64,000 nucleotides of DNA from Spirochaetia bacterium (GTDB lineage: Bacteria; Spirochaetota; Leptospiria; Turneriellales; JAOUFE01): contig JAOUFY010000001.1 of the NCBI GenBank assembly GCA_029857955.1, forward strand, positions 95,929-159,928. The letters are read 5' to 3'. Below are positions 50,247-61,457 of the stretch, piece by piece. Positions within the stretch are counted from its first letter, which is position 1. Each line of letters opens with the position of its first letter. Below the pieces are notes generated by a model. It had not been told where the DNA came from. It worked only from the letters and a program-made list of their open reading frames with translations, and did no database searches. Position numbers and translations under genes: made by a program.

Positions 50247-52082
50247 TTAAATTGTTTCTTCATCCTGTTGTTTTAATAAACCTTCCATTTTAACCGGAGC
50301 TGAAATACCAAGAAGTTCAAGCCCTTCTTTAATAACCTGACGGGTTATTTGAATAATTTTTAAAAGAAATTCGGCTTCATTCGGACTGGTTTCAAGAAGT
50401 GGTAAAATTCGATTTTCTTTTTCATGATAAAATCTTGTAAATACTGAGGTCATATTATAAAGATACTCGCTTAAAATTTGAACTTCAAAGTTAATTGATA
50501 TTTGTTCTACAATTTCCGGAAATCGCCATAACATCAGTAAAAGTTCCTCACGAAATGACGATTTTATTTGTTCTGAGGTTAAATTAGAAATCTTGATATC
50601 CGCATCAATGTCTTTCTTCGCTTCGCGAAAAATTGAACAAATACGGGCATGAGCGTATTGAATGTAGTATACAGGGTTTTTACTTGAATGATTCATGGCA
50701 AGGTCAAGATCAAAATCAAGATGAGAACTTTGTGATCTCATAAGAAAAAAATATCGAACCACATCAGCAGGAATTTTTTCCAGCAAATCCGTCATGGTAT
50801 GAAATTTACCCAGGCGTTTACTCATGACAACTGGTTTGCCGTCTTCAATCATATTCACCTGTTGAACAATCATAACTTCAAAAGCTTCCTTTTTTTTCTC
50901 TTTATCGCTTTCAGGAAACCCCATCGCCTTCATTGCACCCTTTAATCTGGCAATGTAACCATGATGATCAGGCCCCCAGATATCATAAATATGGGTAAAC
51001 CCACGATCAATTTTAGATTTATGATAGGCAATGTCAGCCAGCAAATACGTGGGTCGGCCATCGCTGCGAACAATGACTCTATCTTTTTCATCGCCATAAT
51101 CTGTACTTTTAAAAAGGGTGGCGTCATCTTGCTCATATACTTTTTGAGCTTTTTTCAAAACCTTTAAAGCTTTATCAACCTCACCGCCATCATGGAGATT
51201 TTTTTCTGAGAAAAAATTGTCAAAATACACTCCAAAGGCATTTAGATCTTTTTCATGTGAAGCTCTTAATATTTCAACAGCCTCTGTACCAAACGATTCA
51301 CCAAGTTTCTCTTTCCACTGAGAATCATCATTTTTAACAATATCAAGCGTTTTAACGGTTTTATCTAAAAGCTTTACATCAGTTTCGCTATTTAAACTGA
51401 TTTTTTTCAAGATTTCTTCAAGAACATCTTTAATATATTCGCCCTGATAACCCTCTTCCGGCAAACTTGCCTCATGCCCTTTTTTTTGTAGATAACGCGC
51501 AACCAGAGATAAACCAAGCAATTTCACCTGATTTCCATAATCGTTTACATAGTACTCTCGATAAATGTTGTAACCGCAAATTTTAATTATACGACAAATC
51601 GCATCGCCTACCGCCGCAGCCCTGGCTGAAACAATATTTAAAGGACCCGTGGGGTTAGCAGAAACAAATTCAAAAATTATTTTTTTTTCATGATCTTTTG
51701 TTTTAACAAGATTATAAATTGACTTCGAATCTTGGTTAAATTTTTGAATCATCTCTATATGTACTTTAGTTGAAATGAAAATATTTATAAATCCAGGGTT
51801 TGCTATTTCAATTTTTTCAAAATATTCAGAAATTTCAGGAACTTCTTTAATTTTTTCTACAATTTCATTGGCTATATCATTTGGACTTCGTTTAAAAATT
51901 TTCGCACATTCCATAGCCACTGGAGTTGAATAATGCCCCTTATTCGGCCCAGGCGGATACTCCACTCTGACATTATAATCAACAGGAAAACTTTCATTGA
52001 GAATAATTTCTCTTGACAACGCGATATTTTTTATCACATCAGTGAGTAAGGTAGAAAGAAATCGTTTTATTGTAGAAGACAT
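50247..52082 (-). CDS. argS: arginine--tRNA ligase
   Basis: FVSANPTGPLNIVSAR (HIGH-region equivalent), a MSKR-like VMSKRLG and the C-terminal anticodon-binding domain. The start is set at the internal ATG (MSSTIKRF...), because the upstream 50 codons overlap the divergent gene and look non-coding. Confidence 0.9.
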   Translation of the reverse strand: MSSTIKRFLSTLLTDVIKNIALSREIILNESFPVDYNVRVEYPPGPNKGHYSTPVAMECAKIFKRSPNDIANEIVEKIKEVPEISEYFEKIEIANPGFINIFISTKVHIEMIQKFNQDSKSIYNLVKTKDHEKKIIFEFVSANPTGPLNIVSARAAAVGDAICRIIKICGYNIYREYYVNDYGNQVKLLGLSLVARYLQKKGHEASLPEEGYQGEYIKDVLEEILKKISLNSETDVKLLDKTVKTLDIVKNDDSQWKEKLGESFGTEAVEILRASHEKDLNAFGVYFDNFFSEKNLHDGGEVDKALKVLKKAQKVYEQDDATLFKSTDYGDEKDRVIVRSDGRPTYLLADIAYHKSKIDRGFTHIYDIWGPDHHGYIARLKGAMKAMGFPESDKEKKKEAFEVMIVQQVNMIEDGKPVVMSKRLGKFHTMTDLLEKIPADVVRYFFLMRSQSSHLDFDLDLAMNHSSKNPVYYIQYAHARICSIFREAKKDIDADIKISNLTSEQIKSSFREELLLMLWRFPEIVEQISINFEVQILSEYLYNMTSVFTRFYHEKENRILPLLETSPNEAEFLLKIIQITRQVIKEGLELLGISAPVKMEGLLKQQDEETI

Positions 52083-52164
52083 CAGGCCAAACAGGTTTTT
52101 AAAAAATAACACCCTGTCAACCTGAATCCGCAGTATCCGGTCTCTTGCACTTTTAAAAATAAAT

Positions 52165-53130
52165 ATGACAAGAAAATATGTTCCTATCGACAGTGTTGAC
52201 GACATTGATTTAAACAAAGTTTCGATCGGCAATATTAATGACCGTTACATCGACAAAAAAGGAAATCGATTTGCAACCCGATTTAATTTACGTACCAAAA
52301 AAATTCAAATCATCCGTATAGCATTAGGCGAAGATGAAGCCCGCAAGGCGCGCGGTAAAGTTGTTCCTGGCCTGGTTAGAAAAAAAATTCCAACTTCTGA
52401 TAAAAAATTACACTCAACAGATTTATCACATGAAGATATCAGTGCACCCAGTCTATCTGAAATTGACGATGTTATGGTTTCAGATCAGGCTTCAGATCAG
52501 GTTTCCAGTTTCAAACCTCAATCTTCCGGTAAAAAAGCTCCTGAAAAACGCCAAATTCCTGACTGGATTCAAGAAATGGGCATTCAGCCTGCAGAAAGTG
52601 TAAGCCCTGGAGATATGCTTGCTGTACTTGATGAAAATTACAAGCTTCTAGCTGAGCGTTTATTTGGTATCATCAACAATGTAAAAAATTCAGGAGTCAT
52701 GAGTGATACAGCCGAAATTGACGATGCCATTGATTTTACCAATATTTTTGATCATGACATTCACCCAAAAATGGAAGAAGCCAAAAAATATAAAAATGAA
52801 TTGCAAAAATACGCAGAACGTCCTGATCACTATTACACGATGATTGAAAGAGCATATCGTATATATCTAAACGACTTACCAGAAAACGAAATTTTTGAAT
52901 TCTTTAAGGCCTATTTTATCGGCAGTCTCTGTATAGAAGTTCTTGGAAAAACACTCCACTTTATCAATACGGTGGTTCAAAAAACAAGCCACGTAAATAT
53001 AGACGATCTTGATGCAGATAAACGTCAGTTTCTAAAATATGCATATGCAACCTGCGATTTTTTAAAGACATATGTTAAAGAAGAAACTGCTAAATTTCTA
53101 AAATGGATGATTGACGAAAAGATATTTTAA
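52165..53130 (+). CDS. hypothetical protein (acidic, low-complexity centre and helical C-terminal half)
   Basis: 321-aa ORF divergent from argS. No recognisable motif. Confidence 0.4.
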   Translation: MTRKYVPIDSVDDIDLNKVSIGNINDRYIDKKGNRFATRFNLRTKKIQIIRIALGEDEARKARGKVVPGLVRKKIPTSDKKLHSTDLSHEDISAPSLSEIDDVMVSDQASDQVSSFKPQSSGKKAPEKRQIPDWIQEMGIQPAESVSPGDMLAVLDENYKLLAERLFGIINNVKNSGVMSDTAEIDDAIDFTNIFDHDIHPKMEEAKKYKNELQKYAERPDHYYTMIERAYRIYLNDLPENEIFEFFKAYFIGSLCIEVLGKTLHFINTVVQKTSHVNIDDLDADKRQFLKYAYATCDFLKTYVKEETAKFLKWMIDEKIF

Positions 53131-53136
53131 ACTTCA

Positions 53137-54354
53137 TTAATTTTTAGAAGCAGATTCACGTTTTTTCGCCATAGCCGCTTTTTTACGATGAAATTCAACC
53201 TGTTTTTCAAGCTCAACAAGATTCATACATACAATTTTTCCGCCATCGAGTCTCATGGATTTATCTTCCATAAGCATCATGATATAACCCTCGCCTTTGG
53301 TTTGATCAAATCCGAGCATTTTAATCAATTCCTGACTCGTGATATCAAAAACATGCTGCGATTTAGGGGTTATGGGGATTTTTTTCTGATACACCAAAGT
53401 TAACAGCATATCATATATTCTTCCAATTGGATCATCAATTAAAAGGTTGGCTAACTGACGATTTGAAGTCCAGATTCGTTCGCTAAGAATTGTAATTAAC
53501 TTAACAGCCAATTGCGGCTGCGCCGCTACCATGGTTTCAAAGTTGGCCTTGTTAATCGCCAACGTATTTACTGTACCATTTGCTGTAGCCGATGCAGAAC
53601 GTGGTTTGTTCTCAAGCAAGGCCATCTCTCCAAAAATATCGCCGGGCTGTAAAACAGCTAGCAACACTTCGTTTTGATCAACAATTTTTGTAATTTTAAC
53701 CCTGCCCTGTTGAATGATGTACAATTCTGCTCCGGGTTCGTGTTCAACGAAAATCATTTCTCTATCTTGAAAGAGACGCGTTAAGTTTGTTCTATTCTCA
53801 GGCGGCGGTGTAAATGGAGCGTTCATTGACTGAAGCATCATTTTAGTTTGTGCCGCGTTTTTTCCGTTTGGAAAATGCTGTAAATAACGTTGAAAAGCAT
53901 AGGCCCCATGTTTCATCTCATTTTTTGAATGATAATATTCTCCAACTTTATACATCAACTCTGGATTTTCTTCGGATATATTATGAAAAGATAACTTAGT
54001 AATGGCTTTATCAATACTTCTTAATTTCATGGAAAAATATCGTATGATTTTCATCGCCACCGGCGGGCTTTTTTGAATCATAGAACCAAATTGGTCTCTG
54101 CCTACGGCTATTAACGATGCAGGGGTCAATGTCTGCACAGTTTCAATATGCGGATGCGCGCTCATTGCTGCAACAACGCCAAAAAAATCACCGGGACCAA
54201 GATTTTGATTTGAATCTTCGCCGGGAATCGGCATATCTACAGATAAACGTACTTTACCCTGTCTTACGATATAAAAACTGTCAGCTTCTTTTTTTCCTTC
54301 AACTATAACGAAGGCGTTCGGTTGAAAATTTGCAATTTTAAAAGCAGAACTCAT
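53137..54354 (-). CDS. protein with two cyclic-nucleotide-binding domains
   Basis: Two cNMP-binding beta-barrel signatures (GDFFGVVAAMS...; GDIFGEMALLENKPRSASA). Confidence 0.8.
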   Translation of the reverse strand: MSSAFKIANFQPNAFVIVEGKKEADSFYIVRQGKVRLSVDMPIPGEDSNQNLGPGDFFGVVAAMSAHPHIETVQTLTPASLIAVGRDQFGSMIQKSPPVAMKIIRYFSMKLRSIDKAITKLSFHNISEENPELMYKVGEYYHSKNEMKHGAYAFQRYLQHFPNGKNAAQTKMMLQSMNAPFTPPPENRTNLTRLFQDREMIFVEHEPGAELYIIQQGRVKITKIVDQNEVLLAVLQPGDIFGEMALLENKPRSASATANGTVNTLAINKANFETMVAAQPQLAVKLITILSERIWTSNRQLANLLIDDPIGRIYDMLLTLVYQKKIPITPKSQHVFDITSQELIKMLGFDQTKGEGYIMMLMEDKSMRLDGGKIVCMNLVELEKQVEFHRKKAAMAKKRESASKN

Positions 54355-54550
54355 ACTTTATTTAAGAAGCCCCTTCACTTGTATTTTACTCTTCGATCTT
54401 GACTATAGAATCAACAATTTCATCTACCACGTCAACTATAATATCTACAACCATTTATGCGTGTTTAGTAATCAACGTTAAGCGAAGATACTAATTTACA
54501 CAGCTATCCATTTTCGCTTGACATACATTCCTCTTCTGTCAATGTAATCT

Positions 54551-54997
54551 ATGAATCGCGGGTTTAACGAAAATGAAATCTCTGATTTCCTTGTACATAT
54601 CATCGGGCAAAATACCAAATTCAATCAGCAAAAAATACTTGAATCAGTTTATCTTTTACAAATAGATAAACAACTAAAAAAAATAATTCCAACAACGTTG
54701 TGCGATCATGTTCATCCTTACAAATACTCATCAGGAAAGTTATATTTATCAACCGATCATGGTATTTATGCCCAGCAATTACAACTTTATTCAGATAAAA
54801 TTCTGGAAGATTTACGAAAAATTGTAAGTCCTGATATTAAAAAAATCAATATTCAAGTAAGTCATATTTATTATCAGAAACATAAAACTGACGACATTAT
54901 GTCGCAAGATGAAAAATTGACCATTAAATCAAAGCAAAGTCATCAAAATTCTGATCTAATTGATCAATTGATTACTGCAATAAAAAAATTGACATAA
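54551..54997 (+). CDS. DUF721 / DciA-like protein
   Basis: Small protein immediately upstream of gyrB, the usual position of DUF721 genes. The segment ...YKYSSGKLYLSTDHGIYAQQLQ... resembles the DUF721 core. Confidence 0.6.
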   Translation: MNRGFNENEISDFLVHIIGQNTKFNQQKILESVYLLQIDKQLKKIIPTTLCDHVHPYKYSSGKLYLSTDHGIYAQQLQLYSDKILEDLRKIVSPDIKKINIQVSHIYYQKHKTDDIMSQDEKLTIKSKQSHQNSDLIDQLITAIKKLT

Positions 54998-55005
54998 TTA
55001 CCTAA

Positions 55006-56955
<1,950 letters not shown>

Positions 56956-57006
56956 CCACAGACAATTTTTATAAACTCTTGATTACAGGGGCGTAGCACG
57001 CCCCTC

Positions 57007-57146
57007 GGGGTTGTCTAAAAAGTCAAAATTTGAACCGCAAAGACGCAAGGAACTCAAAGGAATTAGAGAAAATGATAAGAAAAATCCCTTTATTTCTTTA
57101 CTTTGCGCCCTTCGCGCCTTTGCGGTGAGACTTTTTAGACAACCCC
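57007..57146. repeat. palindromic MITE/REP-like element, family C, copy 2
   Basis: Perfect 18-nt terminal inverted repeats GGGGTTGTCTAAAAAGTC (57007..57024) and GACTTTTTAGACAACCCC (57129..57146). An internal imperfect palindrome is also present (ACCGCAAAGACGCAAGG / CCTTCGCGCCTTTGCGGT). Confidence 0.6.
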
Positions 57147-57289
57147 AACCCCACGCAAAATTTTCCTGATACCGTATTTCGTTTTTTAATAATACAAACA
57201 AAAGATTATTAAACTCATGTTACAGGAATTTTATCTTAAAAAACCAATAATAAATAGTCAATATTTGAAAACTTTTATAAATTAATCGA

Positions 57290-57829
57290 ATGAAAATTGA
57301 AAAAGAAAAATATGTAAATATCGACTACATTTTAAAAAATGATAGGGGCGAAATCATCGACTCCACAGAAGGCGGAGATTCCATGAGTTATATTCACGGA
57401 ATTGGCGCTCTCATCATCGGCCTTGAAAATGAACTTGAAGGCAAAACCAGCGGTTCTGAAGTATCAGTTATTATACCTCCTGAAAGCGCATACGGTCTTC
57501 GAAATGAAGATTTAATTGAAGAAGTACCGCTATCTGATCTTCAAGGTATCGACCTTAAAGTAGGAATGCAATTACAAGCTCAGACTCCTCATGGCGTACA
57601 AATATTTACTATTTCTCAGATCAATAGCGATCATGCTGTCATGGATGGAAACCATCCATTAGCAGGAGAAAATCTTCACTTTCATGTCAAGATTAACGAA
57701 GTTCGAGATGCAACAGCAGAAGAACTTGAAGGCACTAAACATTCCTGCTGCGGCGGACATGACCACGAGCATGAACACGAACACCATGATCACAGCGGCG
57801 GCTGCCAAAGCGGCGCTTGTAGTTGCTGA
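57290..57829 (+). CDS. slyD: FKBP-type peptidyl-prolyl isomerase SlyD with a His/Cys-rich metal-binding tail
   Basis: FKBP fold with an inserted-flap layout (HPLAGENLHFHVKINEV). The tail is HSCCGGHDHEHEHEHHDHSGGCQSGACSC. Confidence 0.85.
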   Translation: MKIEKEKYVNIDYILKNDRGEIIDSTEGGDSMSYIHGIGALIIGLENELEGKTSGSEVSVIIPPESAYGLRNEDLIEEVPLSDLQGIDLKVGMQLQAQTPHGVQIFTISQINSDHAVMDGNHPLAGENLHFHVKINEVRDATAEELEGTKHSCCGGHDHEHEHEHHDHSGGCQSGACSC

Positions 57830-57852
57830 TATCTTCTTTTTACTTATTAACG

Positions 57853-57906
57853 AAAGACATCAAAAAACAATTAATTTAGCTTTAAATTTATGTATTTGAT
57901 GTCTTT
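57853..57906. terminator. 12-bp inverted repeat between the convergent slyD and LamG genes (possible bidirectional terminator)
   Basis: AAAGACATCAAA (57853..57864) pairs with TTTGATGTCTTT (57895..57906). The loop is 30 nt and the U-runs are weak. Confidence 0.4.
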
Positions 57907-57945
57907 ATAAATGAACATAAAGCAGTTATTACTAATAGCATGTAA

Positions 57946-59688
57946 TTATCGAAGCCTGACAATAACGTATGGCGAAGGTTTTGATTCATGATCAGAATTG
58001 GCCATTTTTTCTGTCCATAAATTATCGCATGTGGTTACCCAAAAATAATATGGAATATTTTTCTGAAGCAATGGATATTGAAATAACAATTCCGGATATT
58101 GCTTAAAATACGAATAGTTAGATCTGATAATATCATTGGATATTGTTATTTTTATACGATTTTGATATCGCTGATCATCTGTAATCCATTTATCTGTGTC
58201 TGTAATAGGTATGCCCTGAATTTGACCTGATTCTGTAGTGGAAAAACTTTTATATTTAATTGCGCCTAGGGGCTGATAAGGCTTCAACCCATAGTAAACA
58301 TGATATCTTCCTCCCTCAACAACATCCATCTCCAGACTTCTGGCAAATTCAAATGTAACCTCTGAATCGCCGGTATCAAGAACTGAAATTTCACCAGGAG
58401 CCATTGGCGCCATGTTGGCGGAATACTGTAAATTTACTTTATACACAACTGGAGTTATCTCGCCTGTCGCATTAGCATACAATTCGGCTTTCCATTGAAA
58501 ATACTTACCCCGAACGCCAGAAAGAAATTCCGATGTCATAAGTATATAAGGTAAATCAATTTCATCCAAATCTGCACTAAATGGTATGTCAGAATAACGA
58601 TAATAAAATTTTACATCGGTACCTTCGGGTTTATATATATCATACTTCAATCGTTCAACTTTACTTTGGGATGACGGTAAATCAATACGATTGCTTACTG
58701 CAATTCCCTGACGTTGAAAATATCGATCACCATTTTTTTCAACACCGTTAAATCTTCCAGAAATTATTTCCGGGTTTAAAATATGATTACTAAAAATCAT
58801 ATCATCAAGAGCGCCTAGAAAGTTTCTGCCAATGATAAGCGGCGATCTGTCCCACTTATGAAACCTTGGAACAAGAATATCTCCATTTTGAGAAAAATTC
58901 GAAGTTAAATAAATTTTTTCCTGCTCAACCCCGTTTAAATACAACGTAAGACTTCCGTCATTTTGCCTGTAAATTAACATTGCCGAATAAAACTGGTTTG
59001 ATTGAAAAGTATCTCTCGTAGCTATGCGCATACCGGCTACTGGATTATCATGATGCCAGAAAAAATTATAAAATTCAAAAAATAATTTACCGCCTTCCCA
59101 TCCACAAACAATTCCCTGTTTTCTTCCTTCAAACAGGCCAACTTTTTGAAAAATATCCATGCGCTTCTTTAATTGATAGGGGCGTATTCTAAAATAAATG
59201 GTAAAATCACCTGTATTTTTTTCTTTATTGAGAAAAAGAAAATCTGCAGGGGTTACCCACATTTCATGTAAAGGTTGCTCAAAACTTGCAGCTTCGCCAA
59301 TAGAATCTTCAAACTCCTTAAGCTTGTATTCAGCTTTCAGAATTTCCCCTGATTTGATAAAATTGGAGCTTTTATCAAATGAAATTTGCAATGTATTTAA
59401 TGATTCATCAAACGAAACTGGATACGGCTGCCTTTTTAATCGAATATTTTGTTCACCGCTTGTTTTAGAAACAACTTCAACATCCGATAAGTATTTCAAT
59501 CCAAAAGGGTGGTTTTTTTCACCCCATAAAATATTTATTGAATAAAGGGGAGCAATTTTAAAAATAAAAAAGAAAAAAAGGATAAATACATTAACCCATC
59601 GTTTCAAGTTTCTCAACTCGCCTCTGATGTCTTCCACCCTCAAATTCTGTTGTAAAAAATGTTGAAATAATGGCAAAAGCTTTCTCAT
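57946..59688 (-). CDS. LamG/concanavalin-A-like domain protein (secreted)
   Basis: LYLNGVEQEKIYL...PLIIGRNFLGALDDMIFSN is a LamG-type signature. The annotated start overlaps rpiB by 98 nt. The TTG at 59607 (MKRWVNVFILFFFF, signal-like) is a more plausible start. Confidence 0.5.
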   Translation of the reverse strand: MRKLLPLFQHFLQQNLRVEDIRGELRNLKRWVNVFILFFFFIFKIAPLYSINILWGEKNHPFGLKYLSDVEVVSKTSGEQNIRLKRQPYPVSFDESLNTLQISFDKSSNFIKSGEILKAEYKLKEFEDSIGEAASFEQPLHEMWVTPADFLFLNKEKNTGDFTIYFRIRPYQLKKRMDIFQKVGLFEGRKQGIVCGWEGGKLFFEFYNFFWHHDNPVAGMRIATRDTFQSNQFYSAMLIYRQNDGSLTLYLNGVEQEKIYLTSNFSQNGDILVPRFHKWDRSPLIIGRNFLGALDDMIFSNHILNPEIISGRFNGVEKNGDRYFQRQGIAVSNRIDLPSSQSKVERLKYDIYKPEGTDVKFYYRYSDIPFSADLDEIDLPYILMTSEFLSGVRGKYFQWKAELYANATGEITPVVYKVNLQYSANMAPMAPGEISVLDTGDSEVTFEFARSLEMDVVEGGRYHVYYGLKPYQPLGAIKYKSFSTTESGQIQGIPITDTDKWITDDQRYQNRIKITISNDIIRSNYSYFKQYPELLFQYPLLQKNIPYYFWVTTCDNLWTEKMANSDHESKPSPYVIVRLR

Positions 59689-60019
59689 TATCTAATATTC
59701 GACCACCTATGGAAAGAATATTAGCATCATTATGTTTTCTCGCCATTTCAGCTGTAACTATATCATGGCACAAGGCCGCTCTAATGTGATTAAATCGATT
59801 CAAGGCAATGGATATTCCAATCCCTGTGCCGCAAATGGCAATTCCACGGGAGATTTCATTGCTTAAAATCCCTTTGGCAAGGTATTTTGCCATATCAGGA
59901 TAGTCTACAGATTCCTCTGAAAAACACCCGTAATCTTTCCAGTTTATATCAGGAAAATGTTTCTTAATTTCTTCTTTTAATGCAAATCCGCCATGATCTG
60001 ACACTATACCTGTTAACAT
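59591..60019 (-). CDS. rpiB: ribose-5-phosphate isomerase B
   Basis: DHGGFALKEEI, ICGTGIGISIALNR and the C-terminal GGRHQRRV motifs of the RpiB/LacAB family. Confidence 0.9.
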   Translation of the reverse strand: MLTGIVSDHGGFALKEEIKKHFPDINWKDYGCFSEESVDYPDMAKYLAKGILSNEISRGIAICGTGIGISIALNRFNHIRAALCHDIVTAEMARKHNDANILSIGGRILDNEKAFAIISTFFTTEFEGGRHQRRVEKLETMG

Positions 60020-60080
60020 TACTCATCGATCAACAATGAAACCCTTTGTCCAGCGGGAAAATAACCAATAAAATAATTTT

Positions 60081-60653
60081 TTATGTAATCAATGCTTGAT
60101 CTAAAAGATAGTCCCAGACTTCAATCAGACCAAAAGCCAGTAATTCAGAATCAACTAAATCAACTGCTTTATCCATTATCAATTGTTCATATATATCATC
60201 TAAACTTATAATTTCAGAATTTAATTCACTGCTTTCGCTTTCTTGAAAAAATTTCACAACGATATTTGCTATGTATGAAGCCGTTTCTTTTCTTTCCTGA
60301 ATTCTATCAAGAGTATCCGGCCAATAAAAAATACTTCGGTGTATAATCATTTCAATTTCATGAAAATGATTGGATACATTATCGCGTTCAAGACCCAATT
60401 CGTCTGCAATTTCGTCTGAGATCTCAAGTATATCATTTCTGCGGATTTTAAAATAATTTACCGACAAACCTGTATAATAACTTAATTTTTTAAAAATATC
60501 ATCCTCGCTGATATCCTTGTGATTTGATGTATTCATAACACGCCGAATTACTCTCGACATAACAGCTGGAGTAGGCAATGTATAATGACGTTTCTTTTTT
60601 TTAGATATTTTCATGTCTAAAGTAATAATACTGACTACAATATCATCTGTCAA
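60081..60653 (-). CDS. hypothetical protein
   Basis: 190-aa acidic helical ORF upstream of rpiB on the same strand. No recognisable motif. Confidence 0.4.
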   Translation of the reverse strand: MTDDIVVSIITLDMKISKKKKRHYTLPTPAVMSRVIRRVMNTSNHKDISEDDIFKKLSYYTGLSVNYFKIRRNDILEISDEIADELGLERDNVSNHFHEIEMIIHRSIFYWPDTLDRIQERKETASYIANIVVKFFQESESSELNSEIISLDDIYEQLIMDKAVDLVDSELLAFGLIEVWDYLLDQALIT

Positions 60654-60798
60654 GTAAAGAAATCTGATTTTTTATCCGCTAAATTTATTGATAACCTCAG
60701 ACAATTTCTGGCGCATTACTTACAAAAACTATAACAATTTTTATTCTAAAATTAAAAAATTATAGACATCCTGTAGTATCCCTGGTAATTAATCACTT

Positions 60799-61413
60799 AT
60801 GGCAACAAAAATTGTTAAAATTAATGAAAAAAATGAAGCAGAAGCTTTAAAAGTTCTTACAAGTTCCATCATTGATGACCCAAACAAGGTTTATTATTTC
60901 CCCGAAAAAGAAGATCGCGTAAAAAACTCCCCCTGGATGATTGAACGACTGTCAAAAGCTTTAAGTAAATTTGATGAAAAATACGCTCTGGTTGAAAATT
61001 CAAAAATCGTAGCTGTTGCTATGTGGATTCCGCCGGGTAAACACATAACCATGGGGCAACTATTAAGATATGGTATTCTTCAACTTCCATTTCGCATTGG
61101 ATTTAAAAAGTTTTTAAAAGTTATATCTTCATTAAACGTCGGCGAAAAAATTCAAAAAGAAGTTACACAGGGAAAAAATCACTGGCATTTGTTTTATATT
61201 GGCGTTGATCCAAACCATCAACGCAAGGGATTTGGATCAATGATTCTAAAACCCGGGCTTGAGGTAGCAGACAAACAAAAATTGCCGGTCTTTTTGCAAA
61301 ATTTTACCGTTGAAAATACTAATTTTTACCAAAAAAACGGATTCAAGGTAATGAAATTTTATAATTTTTCAGATGACATTTTAATGCGAAACATGCTGCG
61401 GGAACCCCAGTAA
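60799..61413 (+). CDS. GNAT-family N-acetyltransferase
   Basis: Acetyl-CoA-binding motif VDPNHQRKGFGSMIL (Q/RxxGxG) and a C-terminal FYQKNGF. Confidence 0.75.
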   Translation: MATKIVKINEKNEAEALKVLTSSIIDDPNKVYYFPEKEDRVKNSPWMIERLSKALSKFDEKYALVENSKIVAVAMWIPPGKHITMGQLLRYGILQLPFRIGFKKFLKVISSLNVGEKIQKEVTQGKNHWHLFYIGVDPNHQRKGFGSMILKPGLEVADKQKLPVFLQNFTVENTNFYQKNGFKVMKFYNFSDDILMRNMLREPQ

Positions 61414-61414
61414 A

Positions 61415-61445
61415 GATTCGTGTTTATTAAAAATAAACACGAATC
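61415..61445. terminator. perfect 14-bp hairpin between convergent genes
   Basis: GATTCGTGTTTATT (61415..61428), loop AAA, AATAAACACGAATC (61432..61445). It starts 2 nt after the GNAT stop and 13 nt from the radical SAM stop. The U-runs are poor on both strands. Confidence 0.5.
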
Positions 61446-61457
61446 AAAAAAACAAAA

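Noticed and set aside
52083-52232. The upstream 50 codons of the longest argS ORF (MPIETLFKSMSSTLSIGTYFLVIF...).
   Set aside because: This hydrophobic extension is unlike ArgS N-termini and overlaps the divergent gene at 52165. The internal ATG at 52082 (MSSTIKRFLSTLL...) gives a normal ArgS start.
54355-54550. A possible oriC or DnaA-box cluster upstream of the DUF721-gyrB pair.
   Set aside because: There is only one weak TTATCCACA-like site (CTATCCATT). There is no box cluster, no adjacent AT-rich unwinding repeat, and no dnaA or dnaN nearby.
56988-57004. A GC-rich hairpin (GGGGCG TAGCA CGCCCC) after gyrB, considered as the gyrB terminator.
   Set aside because: No U-run follows it, and it abuts the family C repeat. 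It may be part of that element, so it is not called as a terminator.
56983-57201. A 72-aa minus-strand ORF downstream of gyrB.
   Set aside because: It is made almost entirely of the palindromic family C repeat (57007..57146). Reading frames through such repeats are common annotation artefacts.
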